Shown here piece by piece: positions 41,109-43,223 of a DNA stretch of 43,223 nt (positions within the stretch are counted from its first letter, which is position 1; the number at the start of each line of letters is the position of its first letter). The translations under genes and the position numbers were made by a program. Source of the stretch: a virus; the IMG/VR virus record IMGVR_UViG_3300020112_000447, positions 1 to 43,223 of that record, one strand, 5' to 3'. Under the pieces are notes generated by a model. That model was not told the DNA's origin. It saw only the letters and a list, made by a program, of their open reading frames with translations, and made no database searches.

Positions 41109-42649
41109 AAGTATTGGAGTTATTCGCAGGAACAAGAAGCATAGGAAAAGCCTTTGAAGCCAAAGGGCATGAAGTATTTTCTGTTGAATGGAACAAAGAC
41201 TTTGAAAATATAAACCTTTATGCAGATATAAGCACAGTGTCAGCAGATGATATTCTTCAGAAATTTGGTAGGCCTGATGTGATATGGGCTTCACCTGATT
41301 GTACAACATTCAGCGTTGCAGCAATAAGCCGACACAGAAGGCGAAATCCTGAAACAGGAAATCTCGACCCTATCAGTGATTATGCAGAATTCTGTGATGA
41401 AGTAGATAAGCATGTGTTACAGCTTATCAAAGAATTGAATCCCACATTCTACTTCATAGAAAATCCCAGGGGTGGAATGAGAAAGATGACATGGATGCAG
41501 AACTTGCCTAGATATACAGTGACATATTACAAATATGGGGAAAAGAGAATGAAACCAACAGACATATGGACAAATCATCCTGATCCACAATTCATTGCAC
41601 CTTGTAAAAATGGTGACCTATGTCATGAAGCTGCACCAAGGGGAAGTAAGACAGGAACGCAGGGATTAAAAGGAAGCAAAGAAAGAAGTATTATTCCTGA
41701 AGCATTGTGTAAACACATTGTTTGCATTTGTGAAAAATATATCAAAGAAAGGGGCAAAGAAATGGAGTTAAAAATCTACAATCCAACAGAAGATGGATTC
41801 ATAAAAACCATTGAATGGAATTATGAAGAAATCAAAAGACAGGTCGCAGATACAGTAGAAATGTATACAGACCTTGTATATACAGATGAACAGATAAAGG
41901 AAGCCAAGGATGATAGGGCAGCACTTAATAGATTCATCAAGGCATTAGAAGATAAGCGAAAGGAAATCAAAAATCAATGCCTAGCACCTTATGAATCTTT
42001 TGAAAAGCAGATGAAGGAAATCATTGCATTAGTGAAAGAACCTGTAGCTTTGATAGATTCCCAGGTTAAGGGATATGAAGAAAAGAAGAAGCAGGAAAAG
42101 ATGGATCAGGTCACATCAGCATGGTGCGGTTTAACAAAGCCTGAAGGTCTGACACTTGAAAAGATATTTGATTCAAGATGGCTAAATGCTTCATATAGCA
42201 TCAACAAAGCCACAGATGAAATGATAGCAAAGATTGACAAGTTCAAAGCAGAGATGGATGTGCTTGCAGATTTGCCTGAATTCAGCTTTGAAGCACAGCA
42301 GGTGTATATTTCAAGCCTTGACCTGCCAAAAGCCCTGAGTGAAGCCCACAGGCTCGCAGATGTGGCAAAGAAGAAGGCAGAGCATGAAGCAGAACTTTTC
42401 AGACAGAAAGCTGCAGAAGAAATGGCAAAGCATATGACACCACCTGAAACATATGAAGAAGAACAGGTCCCAGGGCAGATGAATATGTTTGATTCAGAAG
42501 ATTATGAACCTACTGAAAACTTCATTCCAACATTTGCAAAAGAGCCTGAAAAAGAATGGGCGGTTGTAAGAGTGAAGATATCACCTGATGATAAGGCAGC
42601 CATTGAACAGTATCTAGCAACTAACAACATTGAATACAAATTTATGTAA
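41105..42649 (+). CDS. Second C5-MTase-like domain (aa 1-219) fused in frame to a DUF1351-like domain (aa 220-514)
   Basis: ELFAGTRSIG, ASPDCTTFS, IENPRG, TGTQGL, then MELKIYNPTEDGFIKTIEWNYEEIK...AKDDRAALNRFIKALEDKRKEIK with no intervening stop. ATGA overlap with the upstream MTase. Confidence 0.7.
   Translation: MKVLELFAGTRSIGKAFEAKGHEVFSVEWNKDFENINLYADISTVSADDILQKFGRPDVIWASPDCTTFSVAAISRHRRRNPETGNLDPISDYAEFCDEVDKHVLQLIKELNPTFYFIENPRGGMRKMTWMQNLPRYTVTYYKYGEKRMKPTDIWTNHPDPQFIAPCKNGDLCHEAAPRGSKTGTQGLKGSKERSIIPEALCKHIVCICEKYIKERGKEMELKIYNPTEDGFIKTIEWNYEEIKRQVADTVEMYTDLVYTDEQIKEAKDDRAALNRFIKALEDKRKEIKNQCLAPYESFEKQMKEIIALVKEPVALIDSQVKGYEEKKKQEKMDQVTSAWCGLTKPEGLTLEKIFDSRWLNASYSINKATDEMIAKIDKFKAEMDVLADLPEFSFEAQQVYISSLDLPKALSEAHRLADVAKKKAEHEAELFRQKAAEEMAKHMTPPETYEEEQVPGQMNMFDSEDYEPTENFIPTFAKEPEKEWAVVRVKISPDDKAAIEQYLATNNIEYKFM
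41762..42649 (+). CDS. Possible independent DUF1351-like protein from an internal start
   Basis: ATG 41762 is preceded by GAAAGGGGCAAAGAA, a good RBS at proper spacing. It coincides with the usual N-terminus of this family. Confidence 0.45.
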   Translation: MELKIYNPTEDGFIKTIEWNYEEIKRQVADTVEMYTDLVYTDEQIKEAKDDRAALNRFIKALEDKRKEIKNQCLAPYESFEKQMKEIIALVKEPVALIDSQVKGYEEKKKQEKMDQVTSAWCGLTKPEGLTLEKIFDSRWLNASYSINKATDEMIAKIDKFKAEMDVLADLPEFSFEAQQVYISSLDLPKALSEAHRLADVAKKKAEHEAELFRQKAAEEMAKHMTPPETYEEEQVPGQMNMFDSEDYEPTENFIPTFAKEPEKEWAVVRVKISPDDKAAIEQYLATNNIEYKFM

Positions 42650-42662
42650 AGGAGAAAAAGCC

Positions 42663-42812
42663 ATGGATAACACAACATTTGAAGAATTAGTAAGAGATAG
42701 CGAAAGACTTGAAACTGTAAAGAGATATGTGAAGTCAACCAAGTATGTTGATGAGAGAATTATCAAGATCATATTAGGCATTGAAGATGAGCCTGTAAAG
42801 GAAGGTGAATAG
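42663..42812 (+). CDS. Hypothetical small protein
   Basis: RBS AAAGGAGAAAAAG. 49 aa. Confidence 0.4.
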   Translation: MDNTTFEELVRDSERLETVKRYVKSTKYVDERIIKIILGIEDEPVKEGE

Positions 42813-42814
42813 GT

Positions 42815-43223
42815 ATGAGATTCAGGACACTGAAGGCAGATGAAATTGATTGCAGGGTAAAGCAGATTACTAGAAATGGAATATCAATACTCTTATACAA
42901 AGATGCAAGAGTAGATCAGAACATCCTGGATGAAACAGTGGGTGCTATGAATTGGCAAAGACACCACTCAAGAGATAATGCGAATTGCATAGTATCGATA
43001 TGGGATGACGATAAGAAACAGTGGGTTGAAAAAGAAGATACAGGCAAAGAATCCAACACAGAAGCAGAAAAAGGATTAGCATCCGATAGTTTCAAAAGAG
43101 CCTGCTTTAATTGGGGCATTGGCAGAGAGTTATATTCTGCACCATTCATATGGATAGGAGCAGACAAGGTAAACATTGAAATCGGCAAGAATGGCAAGGA
43201 ACAATGCTATGACAAGTTTGTAG
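42815..43223 (+). CDS. Rad52/Sak-like single-strand annealing protein, N-terminal part (runs off the window end and continues at nt 142 of the circle)
   Basis: ATG at 42815 directly after the stop of the previous ORF. Translation is MRFRTLKADEIDCRV...NWQRHHS...EKGLASDSFKRACFNWGIGRELY. The SD..KRA..+GIGR.LY signature is typical of phage Rad52-family annealases. No stop before the window end. Confidence 0.75.
   Translation, partial: MRFRTLKADEIDCRVKQITRNGISILLYKDARVDQNILDETVGAMNWQRHHSRDNANCIVSIWDDDKKQWVEKEDTGKESNTEAEKGLASDSFKRACFNWGIGRELYSAPFIWIGADKVNIEIGKNGKEQCYDKFV
43083..43223. repeat. Terminal overlap, copy 2 (identical to 1-141)
   Basis: Same as copy 1. Confidence 0.9.

Larger units (their letters stand above)
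1..43223. mobile_element. Complete circularly closed temperate siphovirus-type phage genome (43,082 unique bp plus 141-bp overlap)
   Basis: Window ends are identical (1-141 = 43083-43223) and an ORF reads through the junction. Complete lysogeny, recombination/replication, packaging, head, tail and lysis gene sets are present. RBSs are of the GGAGG/GGTGA type. Confidence 0.9.

Overview
The window is one complete, circularly closed genome of a temperate siphovirus-type phage from a low-GC Gram-positive host (host call is inference from RBS style and gene families). It has 43,082 unique bp. Nt 1-141 are repeated exactly at 43083-43223, and a Rad52/Sak-like annealase gene reads across that junction. 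Plus-strand order: recombination/replication module (Sak, NinB/Orf-like, Ref/HNH-like nuclease, radical SAM, SSB, RusA, replisome organizer with internal iterons, G39P-like loader, sigma-r4-like regulator); an early/late boundary element; a ParB-fused N6/N4 DNA methyltransferase; TerS and TerL; a BspA-like LRR gene; portal; a MuF minor head protein with a C-terminal HEFGH metalloprotease-like domain; then an out-of-place cassette (tail-fibre/RBP paralog, holin, amidase endolysin); scaffold, major capsid protein, connectors, tail tube, G/GT chaperones with a GGGTTTT -1 slip site; two tandem tape-measure paralogs; Dit, Tal and a second RBP. The lysogeny/accessory region (33.5-39.6 kb) holds small minus-strand genes, an RHH protein, a 160-bp array of helically phased 10-bp repeats, a double-OB SSB-like protein, an XRE regulator, a 3' fragment of an exonuclease III (xth/exoA) gene beside a 48-bp imperfect palindrome, a large serine integrase, and a cI/cro-type switch with four copies of a 17-bp palindromic operator. 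Two C5 methyltransferases follow, the second fused in frame to a DUF1351-like protein. Most worth a second look: (1) the phased GATAGTCC array; (2) the ParB-MTase kept in one frame but broken by one in-frame TAA and one in-frame TAG; (3) the MuF-HEFGH toxin-like fusion with a coupled 48-aa ORF; (4) the RBP+lysis cassette wedged into the head module, with a second RBP at the canonical site; (5) the xth fragment with a candidate attP; (6) the duplicated tape-measure genes. All homology statements come from motif recognition by eye. No database search was run.
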